Positions 1 through 13,979 of a DNA stretch of 64,000 nt are shown piece by piece. Origin of the DNA: the human T2T-CHM13v2.0 reference genome, Homo sapiens. Position numbers and translations under genes: made by a program. Position 1 is the stretch's first letter. The number at the start of each line of letters is the position of its first letter. The stretch lies in assembly GCF_009914755.1 (NCBI RefSeq), contig NC_060947.1. One strand, written 5' to 3'. A model generated the notes under the pieces. That model made no database searches, was not told the DNA's origin, and saw nothing but the letters and a program-made list of their open reading frames with translations.

Positions 1-3000
1 GATAGAGAGCAGACTGTGCAACCTTTAGAGTCTGCATTGGGCCTAGGTCTCATTGAGGACAGATGGAGAGCACACTGTGCAACCTTTAGAGTCCGCATTG
101 GGCCTAGGTCTCATTGAGGACAGATAGAGACCAGACTGTGCAACTTTAGAGTCTGCATTGGGCCTAGGTCTCATTGAGGGCAGATAGAGAGCAGACTGTG
201 CAACCTTTAGAGTCTGCACTGGGCCTAGGTCTCATTGAGGACAGATAGAGAGCAGACTGTGCAACCTTTAGAGTCTGCACTGTGCCTAGGTCTCTTTGAG
301 GACAGACAGAGAGCAGACTGTGCAAACTTTAGAGTCTGCACTGGGCCTAGGTGTCATTGAGGACAGATAGAGACCAGACTGTGCAACCTTTAGAGTCTGC
401 ATTGGGCCTAAGTCTCCTTGAGGTCAGATAGACAGCAGACTGTGCAACCTTTAGAGTCTGCATTGGGCCTAGGTCTAATTGCGGACAGACAGAGAGCAGA
501 CTATGCAACGTTTAGAGTCTGCATTGGGCCTGGGTCTCATTGAGGACAGATAGAGTGCAGACTGTGCAACCTTTAGAGTCTCTATTGGGCCTAGGTCTCA
601 TTGAGGACAGATAGAGAGCGGACTGTGCAACCTTTAGAGTCTGCATTGGGCCTAGGTCTCATTGAGGGCAGATAGAGAGCAGGCTCGGCAACCCTTAGAG
701 TCTGCATTGGGCTTAGATCTCATTGAGGACAGATAGAGAGCATACTATGCAACCTTTAGAGTCTGCACTGGGCCTAGGTCTCATTGAGGACACATAGAGA
801 GCAGACTGTGCAACCTTTAGAGTCTGCATTGGGCCTATGTCTCATTGAGGACAGTTAGAGAGCAGACTGTGCAACCTTTAGAGTCTGCATTTGGCCTAGG
901 TCTCATTGAGGACAGAAAGAGACCAGAGTGTGCAACCTTTAGAGTCTGCATTGGGCCTAGGTCTCATTGAGGACAGATAGAGAGCAGACTGTAGAACCTT
1001 TATAGTCTGCATTGGGCCTAGGTCTCATTGAGGTCAGATAGAGAGCAGACTGTGCAAGCTTTAGAGTCTGCACTTGGCCTAGGTCTCATTGAGGACAGAT
1101 AGAGAGCAGACTGTGCAACCTTTAGAGTCTGCATTGGGCCTAGGTCTCATTGAGGGCAGATAGAGACCAGACTATGCAACGTTTAGAGTCTGCATTGGGC
1201 CTAGGTGTCATTGAGGGCAGTTAGAGAGCAGACTGTGCTACCTTTAGAGTCTGCATTGGGCCTAGGTCTCATTGAGAGCAGATAGAGAGCACACTGTGCA
1301 AACTTTAGAGTCGGCATTGGGCCTAGGTCTCATTGAGGACAGATAGAGACCGGACTGTGCAACCTTTAGAGTCTGCATTGGGCCTAGGTCTCATTGAGGA
1401 CAGATAAAGAGCAGACTAGGCAACCATTAGAGTCGGCACTTTTCCTAGGTCTCATTGAGGACAGATATAGAGCAGACTGTGCAACCTTTAGAGTCTGCAT
1501 TGGGTCTGGGTCTCATTGAGGACAGATAGCGACCAGACTGTGCAACCTTTAGAGTCTGCTTTGGGCTTAGGTCTCATTGAGGGCAGTTAGAGAGCAGACT
1601 GTGCAACCTTTAGAGTCTGCATTGGGTCTAGGTCTCATTGAGAGCAGATAGAGAGCACACTGTGCAACCTCTAGAGTCGGCATTGGGCCTAGGTCTCATT
1701 GAGGACAGATAGAGACCAGACTGTTAAAACTTTAGAGTCTGCATTGGGCCTAGGTCTCATTGAGGACAGATAGAGGGCAGACTGTGCAACCTTTAGAGTC
1801 TGCATTGGTCCTAGGTCTCATTGAGGACAGATAGAGAGCAGACTGCGCAAACTTTAGAGTCTGCATTGGGCCTAGGTCTCACTGAGGACAGATAGAGAGC
1901 ACACTGTGTAACCTTTAGAGTCTGCATAGGGCCTCGGTCTCATTGAGGACCGATAGAGAGCAGACTGTGCAACCTTTAGAGTCTGCATTGGGCCTGGGTC
2001 TCATTGAGGACAAATAGAGAGCAGACTGTGCAACCTTTAGAGTCTGCATTGGGCCTAGGTCTCATTGAGGACAGATAGAGAGCAGACTGTGCAACCTTTA
2101 GAGTCTGCATTGGGCCTAGGTCTCATTGAGGGCAGATAGAGAGCAGACTGTGCAACCTTTAGAGTCTGCACTAGGCCTAGGTCTCATCGAGGACAGATAG
2201 AGAGCAGACTGTGCAACCTTTAGAGTCTGCATTGGACCTAGGTCTCATTGAGGACAGATAGAAAGCAGACTATGCAAACTTTACAGTCTGCACTGGGCCT
2301 AGGTCTCATTGAGGACAGATAGAGACCAGAGTGTGCAACCTTTAGAGTCTGCATTGGGCCTAGGTCTCATTGAGGACAGATAGAGAGCAGACTGTAGAAC
2401 CTTTATAGTCTGCATTGGGCCTAGGTCTCATTGAGGTCAGATAGAGAGCAGACTGTGCAAGCTTTAGAGTCTGCACTTGGCCTAGGTCTCATTGAGGACA
2501 GATAGAGAGCAGACTGTGCAACCTTTAGAGTCTGCATTGGGCCTAGGTCTCATTGAGGACAGATAGAGACCAGACTGTGCAACCTTTATAGTCTGCACTG
2601 GGCCTAGGTCTCATTGAGGACAGATAGAGAGCAGACTGCGCAACCTTTAGAGTCTTCATTGGTCCTAGGTCTCATTGAGGGCAGATAGAGACCAGACTAT
2701 GCAACCTTTAGAGTCTGCATTGGGCCTAGGTCTCATTGAGGGCAGATAGAGAGCAGACTGTGCAACCTTTAGAGTATGCATTGGGCCTAGGTCTCATTGA
2801 GGGCAGATAGAGAGCAGACTGTGCAACGTTTAGAGTCTGCATTGTGCCTAAGTCTCATTGAGGACAGATAGAGAGCAGACTGTGCAACCTTTCGAGTCTG
2901 CACTGGGCCTAGGTCTCATTGAGGGCAGATAGGGACCAGAGTATGCAACCTTTAGAGTCTGCACTGGGCCTAGGTCTCATTGAGGGCAGATAGAGACCAG

Positions 3001-3029
3001 ACTATGCAACCTTTAGAGTCTGCATTGGG
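1..3029. repeat. 61-bp tandem satellite (DXYS20-like pseudoautosomal subtelomeric repeat), ~50 copies, continues past the left window edge
   Basis: Unit GATAGAGAGCAGACTGTGCAACCTTTAGAGTCTGCATTGGGCCTAGGTCTCATTGAGGACA read directly. The 61-bp period and position distal to PLCXD1 fit the known DXYS20 repeat (name from recall). Confidence 0.9.
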
Positions 3030-3199
3030 ACCCCAGAAATCCTAAACTTTGTGTGGTCTAAGGACGGTTGGAGAGCCACGTCTGGACCATCCCTGTGGCT
3101 GCCACCTGAATGGCGGCCAGCACGAGATCTTATGCTTGCACACTGTGCCTGCAAGGGTGGGAGGGGCTGGCTTATCTCAGACAACCTCCTGATAGTGGG

Positions 3200-3312
3200 G
3201 TAAACCAAAAATAGAATTCTAAGCCCCTCAGCTGACTGAGTGGACCTGTTTGTAGCCAAGGGGATCCCAAAGAAACCTGAAAAACAACTCAGGCCGTGAC
3301 AGGAAGAGGGGA
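3200..3312 (+). mobile_element. 5' fragment of a MER4-family ERV1 LTR
   Basis: GTAAACCAAAAATAGAATTCTAAGCCCCTCAGCTGACTGAGTGGACC...AAACCTGAAAAACAACTCAGGCCGTGACAGGAAGAGGGG resembles the recalled MER4B/D/E 5' end. Confidence 0.65.
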
Positions 3313-5835
3313 TCTCGGGCCGTGACAGGAAGAGGGAGTCTCGGGCCGTGACAGGAAGAGGGAGTCTCGGGCCGTGACAGGAAGAGGGAGTCTCGGGCCG
3401 TGACTGGAAGAGGGGGTCTCGGGCCGTGACAGGAAGAGGGGGTCTCGGGCCGTGACAGGAAGAGGGGGTCTCGGGCCGTGACAGGAAGAGGGAGTCTCGG
3501 GCCGTGACAGGAAGAGGGGGTCTCGGGCCGTGACAGGAAGAGGGAGTCTCGGGCCGTGACAGGAAGAGGGAGTCTCGGGCCGTGACAGGAAGAGGGAGTC
3601 TCGGGCCGTGATAGGAAGAGGGAGTCTCGGGCCGTGACAGGAAGAGGGGATCTCGGGCCGTGACAGGAAGAGGGAGTCTCGGGCCGTGACAGGAAGAGGG
3701 GGTCTCGGGCCGTGACAGGAAGAGGGAGTCTCGGGCCGTGACAGGAAGAGGGGGTCTCCGGCTGTGACAGGAAGAGGGAGTCTCGGGCCGTGACAGGAAG
3801 AGGGAGTCTCGGGCCGTGACAGGAAGAGGGAGTCTCGGGCCGTGACAGGAAGAGGGGATCTCGGGCTGTGACAGGAATAGGGAGTCTCGGGCCGTGACAG
3901 GAAGAGGGGGTCTCCGGCTGTGACAGGAAGAGGGAGTCTCGGGCCGTGACTGGAAGAGGGGGTCTCGGGCCGTGACAGGAAGAGGGGATCTCGGGCCGTG
4001 ACAGGAAGAGGGAGTCTCGGGCCGTGACAGGAAGAGGGGGTCTCGGGCCGTGACAGGAAGAGGGGGTCTCGGGCCGTGACAGGAAGAGGGGGTCTCCGGC
4101 TGTGACAGGAAGAGGGGGTCTCGGGCCGTGACAGGAAGAGGGAGTCTCGGGCCGTGACAGGAAGAGGGAGTCTCGGGCCGTGACAGGAAGAGGGAGTCTC
4201 GGGCCGTGACAGGAAGAGGGGATCTCGGGCTGTGACAGGAAGAGGGAGTCTCGGGCCGTGACAGGAAGAGGGGGTCTCCGGCTGTGACAGGAAGAGGGAG
4301 TCTCGGGCCGTGACTGGAAGAGGGGGTCTCGGGCCGTGACAGGAAGAGGGGGTCTCCGGCTGTGACAGGAAGAGGGAGTCTCGGGCCGTGACAGGAAGAG
4401 GGGGTCTCCGGCTGTGACAGGAAGAGGGAGTCTCGGGCCGTGACAGGAAGAGGGGGTCTCCGGCTGTGACAGGAAGAGGGAGTCTCGGGCCGTGACAGGA
4501 AGAGGGGGTCTCCGGCTGTGACAGGAAGAGGGGGTCTCGGGCCGTGACTGGAAGAGGGGGTCTCGGGCCGTGACAGGAAGAGGGGGTCTCCGGCCGTGAC
4601 AGGAAGAGGGAGTCTCGGGCCGTTACAGGAAGAGGGAGTCTCGGGCCGTGACAGGAAGAGGGAGTCTCGGGCCGTGACAGGAAGAGGGAGTCTCGGGCCG
4701 TGACAGGAAGAGGGAGTCTCGGGCCGTGACAGGAAGAGGGGGTCTCCGGCTGTGACAGGAAGAGGGAGTCTCGGGCCGTGACTGGAAGAGGGGGTCTCGG
4801 GCCGTGACATGAAGAGGGGGTCTCCGGCCGTGACAGGAAGAGGGGGTCTCGGGCCGTGACAGGAAGAGGGAGTCTCCGGCCGTGACAGGAAGAGGGGGTC
4901 TCCGGCTGTGACAGGAAGAGGGAGTCTCGGGCCGTGACAGGAAGAGGGAGTCTCGGGCCGTGACAGGAAGAGGGAGTCTCGGGCCGTGACAGGAAGAGGG
5001 AGTCTCGGGCCGTGACAGGAAGAGGGGGTCTCGGGCCGTGACAGGAAGAGGGAGTCTCGGGCCGTGACAGGAAGAGGGGGTCTCGGGCCGTGACAGGAAG
5101 AGGGGGTCTCGGGCCGTGACAGGAAGAGGGGGTCTCGGGCCGTGACAGGAAGAGGGGGTCTCGGGCCGTGACAGGAAGAGGGGGTCTCGGGCCGTGACAG
5201 GAAGAGGGGGTCTCGGGCCGTGACAGGAAGAGGGGGTCTCGGGCCGTGACAGGAAGAGGGGGTCTCGGGCCGTGACAGGAAGAGGGGGTCTCGGGCCGTG
5301 ACAGGAAGAGGGGGTCTCGGGCCGTGACAGGAAGAGGGGGTCTCGGGCCGTGACAGGAAGAGGGGGTCTCGGGCCGTGACAGGAAGAGGGGGTCTCGGGC
5401 CGTGACAGGAAGAGGGGGTCTCCGGCTGTGACAGGAAGAGGGAGTCTCGGGCCGTGACAGGAAGAGGGAGTCTCGGGCCGTGACAGGAAGAGGGAGTCTC
5501 GGGCCGTGACAGGAAGAGGGGGTCTCGGGCCGTGACAGGAAGAGGGGGTCTCGGGCCGTGACAGGAAGAGGGGGTCTCGGGCCGTGACAGGAAGAGGGGG
5601 TCTCGGGCCGTGACAGGAAGAGGGGGTCTCGGGCCGTGACAGGAAGAGGGGGTCTCGGGCCGTGACAGGAAGAGGGGGTCTCGGGCCGTGACTGGAAGAG
5701 GGGGTCTCCGGCTGTGACAGGAAGAGGGGGTCTCGGGCCGTGACAGGAAGATGGAGTCTCGGGCTGCGACAGGAAGAGGGGGTCTCGGGCCGTGACAGGA
5801 AGAGGGGGTCTCAGGTTGTGACAGGAAGGAGTCTC
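3291..5835. repeat. 26-bp minisatellite, ~98 copies
   Basis: Unit GGGCCGTGACAGGAAGAGGG(A/G)GTCTC, period 26 (AGGAAGAG at 3301, 3327...). It generates the spurious 1024-aa and 889-aa minus-strand ORFs. Confidence 0.97.
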
Positions 5836-5922
5836 CTGTTTGTAGGGACTCATCCATTCTGTACAACTCATGTGCATCCTCCCATGTGCATCCTCCTCTG
5901 TGCATCCTCCCATGTGCATCCT

Positions 5923-6896
5923 TGAAGGGGTGGCCTGCCCCTCCACACCTGTGGGCATTTCTCATCAGGTGGAACGAGATACTTGAAAAAAGAAAGAGAC
6001 ACAGAGATAAAGTAGAGAGAAAGAAAAATGGGTCCAGGGGACCGGCGCTCAGCATACAGAGGACCCGCGCCGGCACCTGCCTCTGAGTTCCCTTAGTACT
6101 TATTGATCATTATCGGGGAGAGGGGGATGTGGCAGGACAATAGGGTAATAGTGGAGAGAGGGTCAGCAGGAAAACGTGAACAAATGTCTCTGCATCATAA
6201 ACAAGGTACAGAAAAAAGTGCTGTGCTTTTGATGTGCATATACATAAACATCTCAACGCCTTAAAGAGCAGTGTTGCCGCCAGCATGTCCCACCTCCAGC
6301 CGTAAGGCAGTTTTACCCTATCTCAGTAGATGGAATATACAATCGGTTTACACCGAGACATTCTATTGTCCAGGGACGAGCAGGAGACAGATGCCTTCCT
6401 CTTATCTCAACTGCAAAGAGGCCTTCCTCTTTTACTAATCCTCCTCAGCACAGACCCTTTATGGGTGTTGAGCTGGGGGATGGTCAGCTCTTTCCCTTCC
6501 CACAAGGCCATATTTCAGACTATCACATGGGGAGAAACCTTGGACAATACCCGGCTTTCAAGAGCAGAGGTCCCTGCGGCTTTCCGCAGGGCACTGTGCC
6601 CCTGGTTTATTGAGACTAGAGGATGGCGATGACTTTTACCAAGTATACCGCTCGTGAACATCTTGTTAACAAGGCACGTCCTGCACCGCCCTGGATCCCT
6701 TAAACCTTGATTTCATACAACACATGTTTTTGTGAGCTCCAGGTTGGGGCAAAGTGGCTGGGGCAAAGCTACAAATTAACAACATCTCAGCAAAGCAATT
6801 GTTTAAAGGACAGGTCTTTTTCAAAATGGAGTCTCTTATGTCTTTCCTTTCTACATAGACACAGTGACAGTCTGATCTCTCTTTCTTTTCCCTAGA
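5923..6896 (-). mobile_element. HERV-K (HML-2) solo LTR, LTR5A/LTR5B-like
   Basis: The minus strand begins T(C)TAGGGAAAAGAAAGAGAGATCAGACTGTCACTGTGTCTATGTAGAAAG and ends GGGGCAGGCCACCCCTTCA; length ~970 bp. No clean TSD seen. Confidence 0.9.
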
Positions 6897-6904
6897 ATCT
6901 GTGC

Positions 6905-7880
6905 ATATCGATGGGGACGAAGTCATCCTGGATGTTGATTGGGACAAGGTCATCTCTGCTTGTTAGTGGGGACAAGTTCATCCCTGGGTGCTTATCAGGA
7001 CAAGGTCAGTCCCGGATGTTGGTGAAGACAAGGTCATTCTGGATGTTGATGGGGACAAGATTATCCCCGGACGTTGGCGAGAGCAAGGGGATCTCTGCAT
7101 GTTTGGTGAATGTTGATGGGGACGAGGTCATCTCTGCATGTGGGTGGGGACAAGGTCATCCTGATGTTGATTGGTTCAAGGTTAACCTTGGATGTTGGTG
7201 GGGACAAGGTGATCTCTACATGTTTGGTGAATGTTGATGGGGACGAGGTCATCTCCGCATGTGGGTGGTGGACAAGGTCATCCTGGATGTTGATTGGGAC
7301 AAGGTTATCCCTGGATGTTGGTGGGGACAAGGTGATCTCTGCATGTGGGTGGGGACAAGGTCGTCCTGGATGTTGATAGGGACAAGGTCATCCTGGATGT
7401 TGATTGGTTCAAGGTTGTTGATTGATTCAAGGTTATCCCCGGATGTTGGTGGGAACAAGGTGATCTCTGCATGTGGGTGGGGATGAGGTCATCCTGGATG
7501 TTGATTGACTCAAGGTTATCCCTGGATGTTGGTGGGGATAAGGTGATCTCTGCATGTCAGTGGGGACAAGGTCATCCTGGATGTTGATTGGGACAAGGTT
7601 ATCTCTGCTTGTTAGTGGGGACAAGGTCATCCCTGGGTGCTTATCGGGACAAGGTCAGTCCTGTATGTTGATGAGGACAAGATTATCCCCGGACGTTGGT
7701 GGGGACAAGGTGATCTCTGCATGTTTGGTGAATGTTGATGGGGACGAGGTCACCTCCACATGTGGGTGGGGACAAAGTCATCCCTGGATGTTGACTGGGA
7801 CAAGGTTATCCCTGGATGTCGATGGGTTCAAGGTTATCCCTGGATGTTGGTGGGGACCAGGTCATCCTGTGGGTGGGTGA
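6905..7880. repeat. Degenerate compound tandem repeat (GATGTTG(A/G)TGGGGACAAGGT(C/T)ATC modules)
   Basis: Recurrent ~25-30-nt modules. A larger block is duplicated (~6920-7160 vs ~7570-7780). Confidence 0.8.
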
Positions 7881-8495
7881 GGACTGCCACGTCCCGTTTT
7901 CCTGGTAAAGACATCTTTTTTCTAGCAGGATGGGCCACTGGAGCAGGCATAACTCTCAGTTCCCAGCTGGTGGACAGCCAAGTCCCCAGTTATCTGGTGT
8001 CTGTCCTCGGGGCCATGTTCTTTCTTCTCATTTCCACCTGAGGAAAGAAAGGCCAAGGTACAAGGCCTTCGACCAGGTGTCACTGGGGTTTCTGGGCTGG
8101 AAGTGCTTCGGGTTGGGAGAGAAGTCTCCCATCTTCCACAAAGTCAACAGGTGTACATCAAGGCTTCGTTCATAATCCTCGGTGGGAACTAGGAGAGAGA
8201 TTGGATGCTGTTTAAAGGGTGATGTCCTTGGGCCGGCGTTTGAGGAGGTGTGTGCCCTGGTCAGCTGTATTTGGGGACATTAATTTTCAGCCTACAGCTG
8301 TTCGCCAAACGGGGTCTGTACGCATCAGGATCCAGCCACGTCCAAGGCTCCCAACGAGCTAGGTGCACCTCCTCCAGGCTCCACTCACATCCAGGAGGGT
8401 CACGGGCCTGCCTGAGGTCTGCCTGCTCCTGGCACTCAGCAGGGCACTCACCAGGGCTGGGAAGGCCCCTGCCCATCCCGGTCCTCTCATTGCAG

Positions 8496-8629
8496 TGAAC
8501 CGGAGGCTCCTGTACCGGCTGCATCCGGAGCAGGGCATGCCGGCCGGCGTGTGCGTGGACGCTGCGGGGAAGCTCTGGGTGGCCTCTGCGTCGATAGAGG
8601 CAAGGTGATACGCCTGGACCCCGAGACAG
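8496..8629 (+). pseudogene. Regucalcin/SMP-30-like unprocessed pseudogene, third-from-last coding exon
   Basis: Acceptor CTCTCATTGCAG|8496 and donor 8629|GTGTGT. Translates [29 protein letters not shown][+2 nt][15 protein letters not shown], versus recalled RGN [44 protein letters not shown]. Length 134 bp = 132-bp RGN exon plus a 2-nt insertion. Confidence 0.92.
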
Positions 8630-8789
8630 GTGTGTGCCGGATGGCGGGGCCGTATGAGGCTTGGCCACATCGGGTGTCCACTGCGTCTGCAGCGTTCTGG
8701 CTTCAGAAGTCGGGGCCGGGCAGCAATCGCGAATTTGTAGAGACTAAGGGGCCTCCGTTTCCCGACGGCACGGACTCCCAGGTTCCCTC

Positions 8790-9490
8790 TGCAGGTGTGC
8801 TAGGTCCTGGGGCTGCCGCAACCAAGGACTGGCTGCCGAAAAAACAGGAAGTCACCTCCCCCAGTCCTGCAGAGCAGGAGTCTGAGACCGAGGAGTTTCA
8901 GGGCCGTACTCCCTCCAGGAGCTGTAGTGGAGGGTCCTTCCTGCCTCTCCCGGCTCCTGGGGGCTCCAGGCATCCCTGGGCTTGTGGCCGCATCACTCCA
9001 CTCTCTGCCTCCGTCTCCACGTGGCCTCCTCCTCTGTGTCTGTGTCTCCTCTTCTGTCTCTAGAAGGACACCTGTCATTGCATTTAGGATCCACCCTACT
9101 CCAGGATGATCTCATCTCAAGATCCTTCACTAACTAGATCTTGAAACACCCTATTTCTATACAAGGTCTCATTCCTAGGTTGTGGATATTAGGGTGTAGA
9201 CAGATCTTTTTGGGAACCACAGTTCAATCCACTTCAATTGTATTGAGACTCTAGGGGAGGGTCCTTCCTGCCTCTCCCAGCTCCTGGGGGCTCCAGGCAT
9301 CCCTGGGCTTGAGGCCACATCACTCCAGTCTCTGCCTCCGTCTCCACGTGGCCTCCTCCTCTGTGTCTGTGTCTGCTCTTCTGTCTCTTAGAAGGACACT
9401 GGTGATTGGATGTAGGGCCCACCCTAACCTGCTCTGACCTACTAATTACCTCTGCAAACACCCTATTTCCAAATAATTTCCCATTCTGAG
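8790..9490 (-). mobile_element. Two tandem MLT1(C)-derived MaLR LTR copies in the pseudogene intron
   Basis: Core GGAGGGTCCTTCCTGCCTCTCCCAGCTCCTGGGGGCTCCAGGCATCCCTGGGCTTGTGGCCGCATCACTCCAGTCTCTGCCTCCGTCTCCACGTGG at ~8930 and ~9256, followed by MLT1-like GGACAC..GTCATTG..ATTTAGG..CCCACCCTA. Confidence 0.75.
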
Positions 9491-9690
9491 ATCCTACTTG
9501 ACATGAATCTGGGGAGACTACAGAGCTCACTAGAGCAGGTGCGGCTGGGCCTGGCTAGGCAGGTGCCAATCTGGCAGCTCCAGGTGCCACAGAGACACCC
9601 ATGCTGCCCGGGGGTTGGGCCCAGGGTCAGGAGGAACGGCCAGGCAGGCGGCCTGGGGTGCTCAGGCTCAGCCCCCACGCTCGCTCACAG

Positions 9691-9844
9691 GGAAGGTGCT
9701 GTGCACGGTGGAGCTGCCTGTGTACAGGGTCACCTCTTGCTGCTTCGGGGACCCGGCTACGACAACCTCTACGTGACCTCCGCGGCGGACCGCCTGAGTC
9801 CGGAGCACTTGTTACGGGAGCCCCGGGCTGGACACATCTTCAAG
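9691..9844 (+). pseudogene. Regucalcin-like pseudogene, penultimate coding exon
   Basis: Acceptor GCTCACAG|9691 and donor 9844|GTTCCG. Translates (G)KVLCTVELPVYRVTSCCFG[-1 nt]GPGYDNLYVTSAADRLSPEHLLREPRAGHIFK, versus RGN [52 protein letters not shown]. Length 154 bp = 155 minus 1. Confidence 0.92.
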
Positions 9845-9996
9845 GTTCCGTAAGGGTTTTCTGCCGAGAGTCCCTCCTGGGGCCGCGGGCGAGAGCTCAT
9901 CTTTAACCTCGGTGGGAAGCTCGGGCAGGGTGGGCGATGTCTGCAGACAGACGGAGGTTATTGTTTCTGTTTCCTAGAAAACAAACGTTTCCAAAC

Positions 9997-10290
9997 TTTT
10001 TTTTTTTTGAGATGGAGTTTCGCTCCTGTTGCCTGGGCTGCAGTGCAGTGGCGTGATCTCGGCTCACTGCAACCTCCGCCTCCTGGGTTCAAGTGATTCT
10101 CTCACCTCAGCCGCCTGAGTAGCCGGGATTACAGGGAGGCACCACCACACCCGGCTAATTTTGTATTTTTAGTAGAGACGGGGTTTCACCATGTTGGTCA
10201 GGCTGGTCTTGAACTCCCGACCTCAGGTGATCCGCCGGCCTCGGCCTCCCAAAGTGCTGGGATGACAGGTGCGAGCCGCTGCGCCCGGCC
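9997..10290 (-). mobile_element. AluS
   Basis: Poly-T followed by the antisense Alu dimer. Confidence 0.9.
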
Positions 10291-10336
10291 AGTTTCAAAG
10301 GTTTTATGCCCCTGGGTGTTAGACAGAAATTGTGTT

Positions 10337-10981
<645 letters not shown>

Positions 10982-11077
10982 TTAAAGCCTCCAGCATTGT
11001 TCTGGCCTCACTCTGCCGGTAACACGGTGTTTCGGCCACAGCCTTGGAACTGACCGCAGCATCCCGGCTCCATCCAG

Positions 11078-11254
11078 GGGTCACGGGCTTTGGGGTGAGA
11101 GGAGGCCCCCCGTTTACCCCTTCACTGGCTGAGCCGAGAGCCGCTCCCAGGGCAGCTTCGTGCGTTGGCCTCCGTGCGGGGGTGCTGGGCCGGCGTCAGC
11201 GGCCCCCCGCACGCTCATTCCCGCAGCAGCGTCGGGTTCACAGCGGGCAATAAA
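11078..11254 (+). pseudogene. Regucalcin-like pseudogene, terminal exon with stop (TGA 11130-11132) and AATAAA (11249-11254)
   Basis: VTGFGVRGGPP[+2 nt]YPFTG* versus RGN C-terminus ITGLGVKGIAPYSYAG*. The nearest CCAG ends at 11077, 2 nt out of phase. The polyA signal lies ~120 nt after the stop. Confidence 0.75.
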
Positions 11255-11485
11255 GGCAGCCGTTCTTCAAAGTCAGCTCGGTTGTGGCTGCCGTGGGGAC
11301 GTCAGTCACAGCCGAGGGACCAAGCACCGGGCCTCTGTGTGGCATAAGTCCTGCCTGGGGCTGTGCAGATCCCCCTTACACACCTCATGGCCCCGTAAGC
11401 TCACCGGCCCTCCCAGAAGTCATCTGTGCGAGACAGAAGGCGTCTCTGTGGAATTCTAACTCCCCCACCCAGAAGTGACTGATAG

Positions 11486-13030
<1,545 letters not shown>

Positions 13031-13979
13031 GGGGGGCCTCTGCCTCCCTCCCACCGTGTTGGGGACATCGTGACCCCCCAAGACCGCCTGGGATGGTACA
13101 GCCGGCCCCTGCAGCACCCCCTGCATCCACCCCCAGAGCTGGGCTCTGCTGCTGGGACCTGACTGTGGCCACTGCCCTCCCAGGGTAATCGGCGGTGGGG
13201 GGTGAGCATGGGGATTCCACAGACCATCCCGGTCTTCCAACCCTAACCCTGGCCCCTGGCCAGCCTGGGAGACGCTGCCTGACCTTGCAGGTCCCTCTGA
13301 CCTGCTGACTGTGGGTGTCCACACCTCACCTCACAGAGCAAACAGGAACCACACACAGGGAAGCTTCCTCCCTCCATTCCTGTCCTCAGGTCCCTAAGGG
13401 CCCCTGGGGGGCTTCCAGCTGCCAACACTGCAATGGTGTATGGGTATGGGGGTGGGGAGCCCTTGAGGGACTCCCAGGGAGGGGGTCTCTAGTTGGGGAG
13501 AGGCTGCGAACCCCTAGGGGAAATGGTGGAGGCTCCCACATCCATGGGGTGGGTGTGGGGGTGTCTGTGTGAACCAGCTCATAGAGACCCACCCCATGCT
13601 CAGTGCCATTGGCTCAAAGGTGCAGCAGGAGGCCCCTCTGGTGACGTGAGCCACCCGGGCACCCAGCTGGGCCCCCACAGGGCTGGGCTTGCCCCTCATC
13701 TCAGCAACCTGCCTCATCTGTCCTGAACCTCAGCGTGGTCACCCGTGAGGTGGGAGGGGACCTGCTTGGGAGCCAGCAGAGGGTCTCTGGGACCTGCCAG
13801 GCAATGGCTTTGCACACACGTCACCTGCATGCATGGTGCATTCAGGAGAGAGCACAGGCCGTCATGAGAGGAAGGGACACACAAAATGTGCTCTGTCCAC
13901 AGAGTGGAATAGTATGCAGCCATGAAAAGGAACGGGGTTCTGACACATGGTCTCCTTGTGGAGTCATGAGAATGTGCTG

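Noticed and set aside
3002-6076. 1024-aa and 889-aa minus-strand ORFs
   Set aside because: Translations of the 26-bp minisatellite (26-aa periodicity, open in several frames) extended into an LTR; no domain content.
5916-6902. Target-site duplication for the LTR5 element
   Set aside because: The flanks (ATCCT vs ATCTG) do not give a clean 5-6-bp match, so no TSD is claimed.
7929-8150. Possible upstream regucalcin-like exon (KAFDQVSLGFLGW resembles RGN KYFDQVDISNGLDW; flanked by AG and GT, ~220 nt)
   Set aside because: Only FDQV matches, at the wrong distance from the putative acceptor, and the rest of the translation is unrelated. Likely chance, though worth including in a tBLASTn check.
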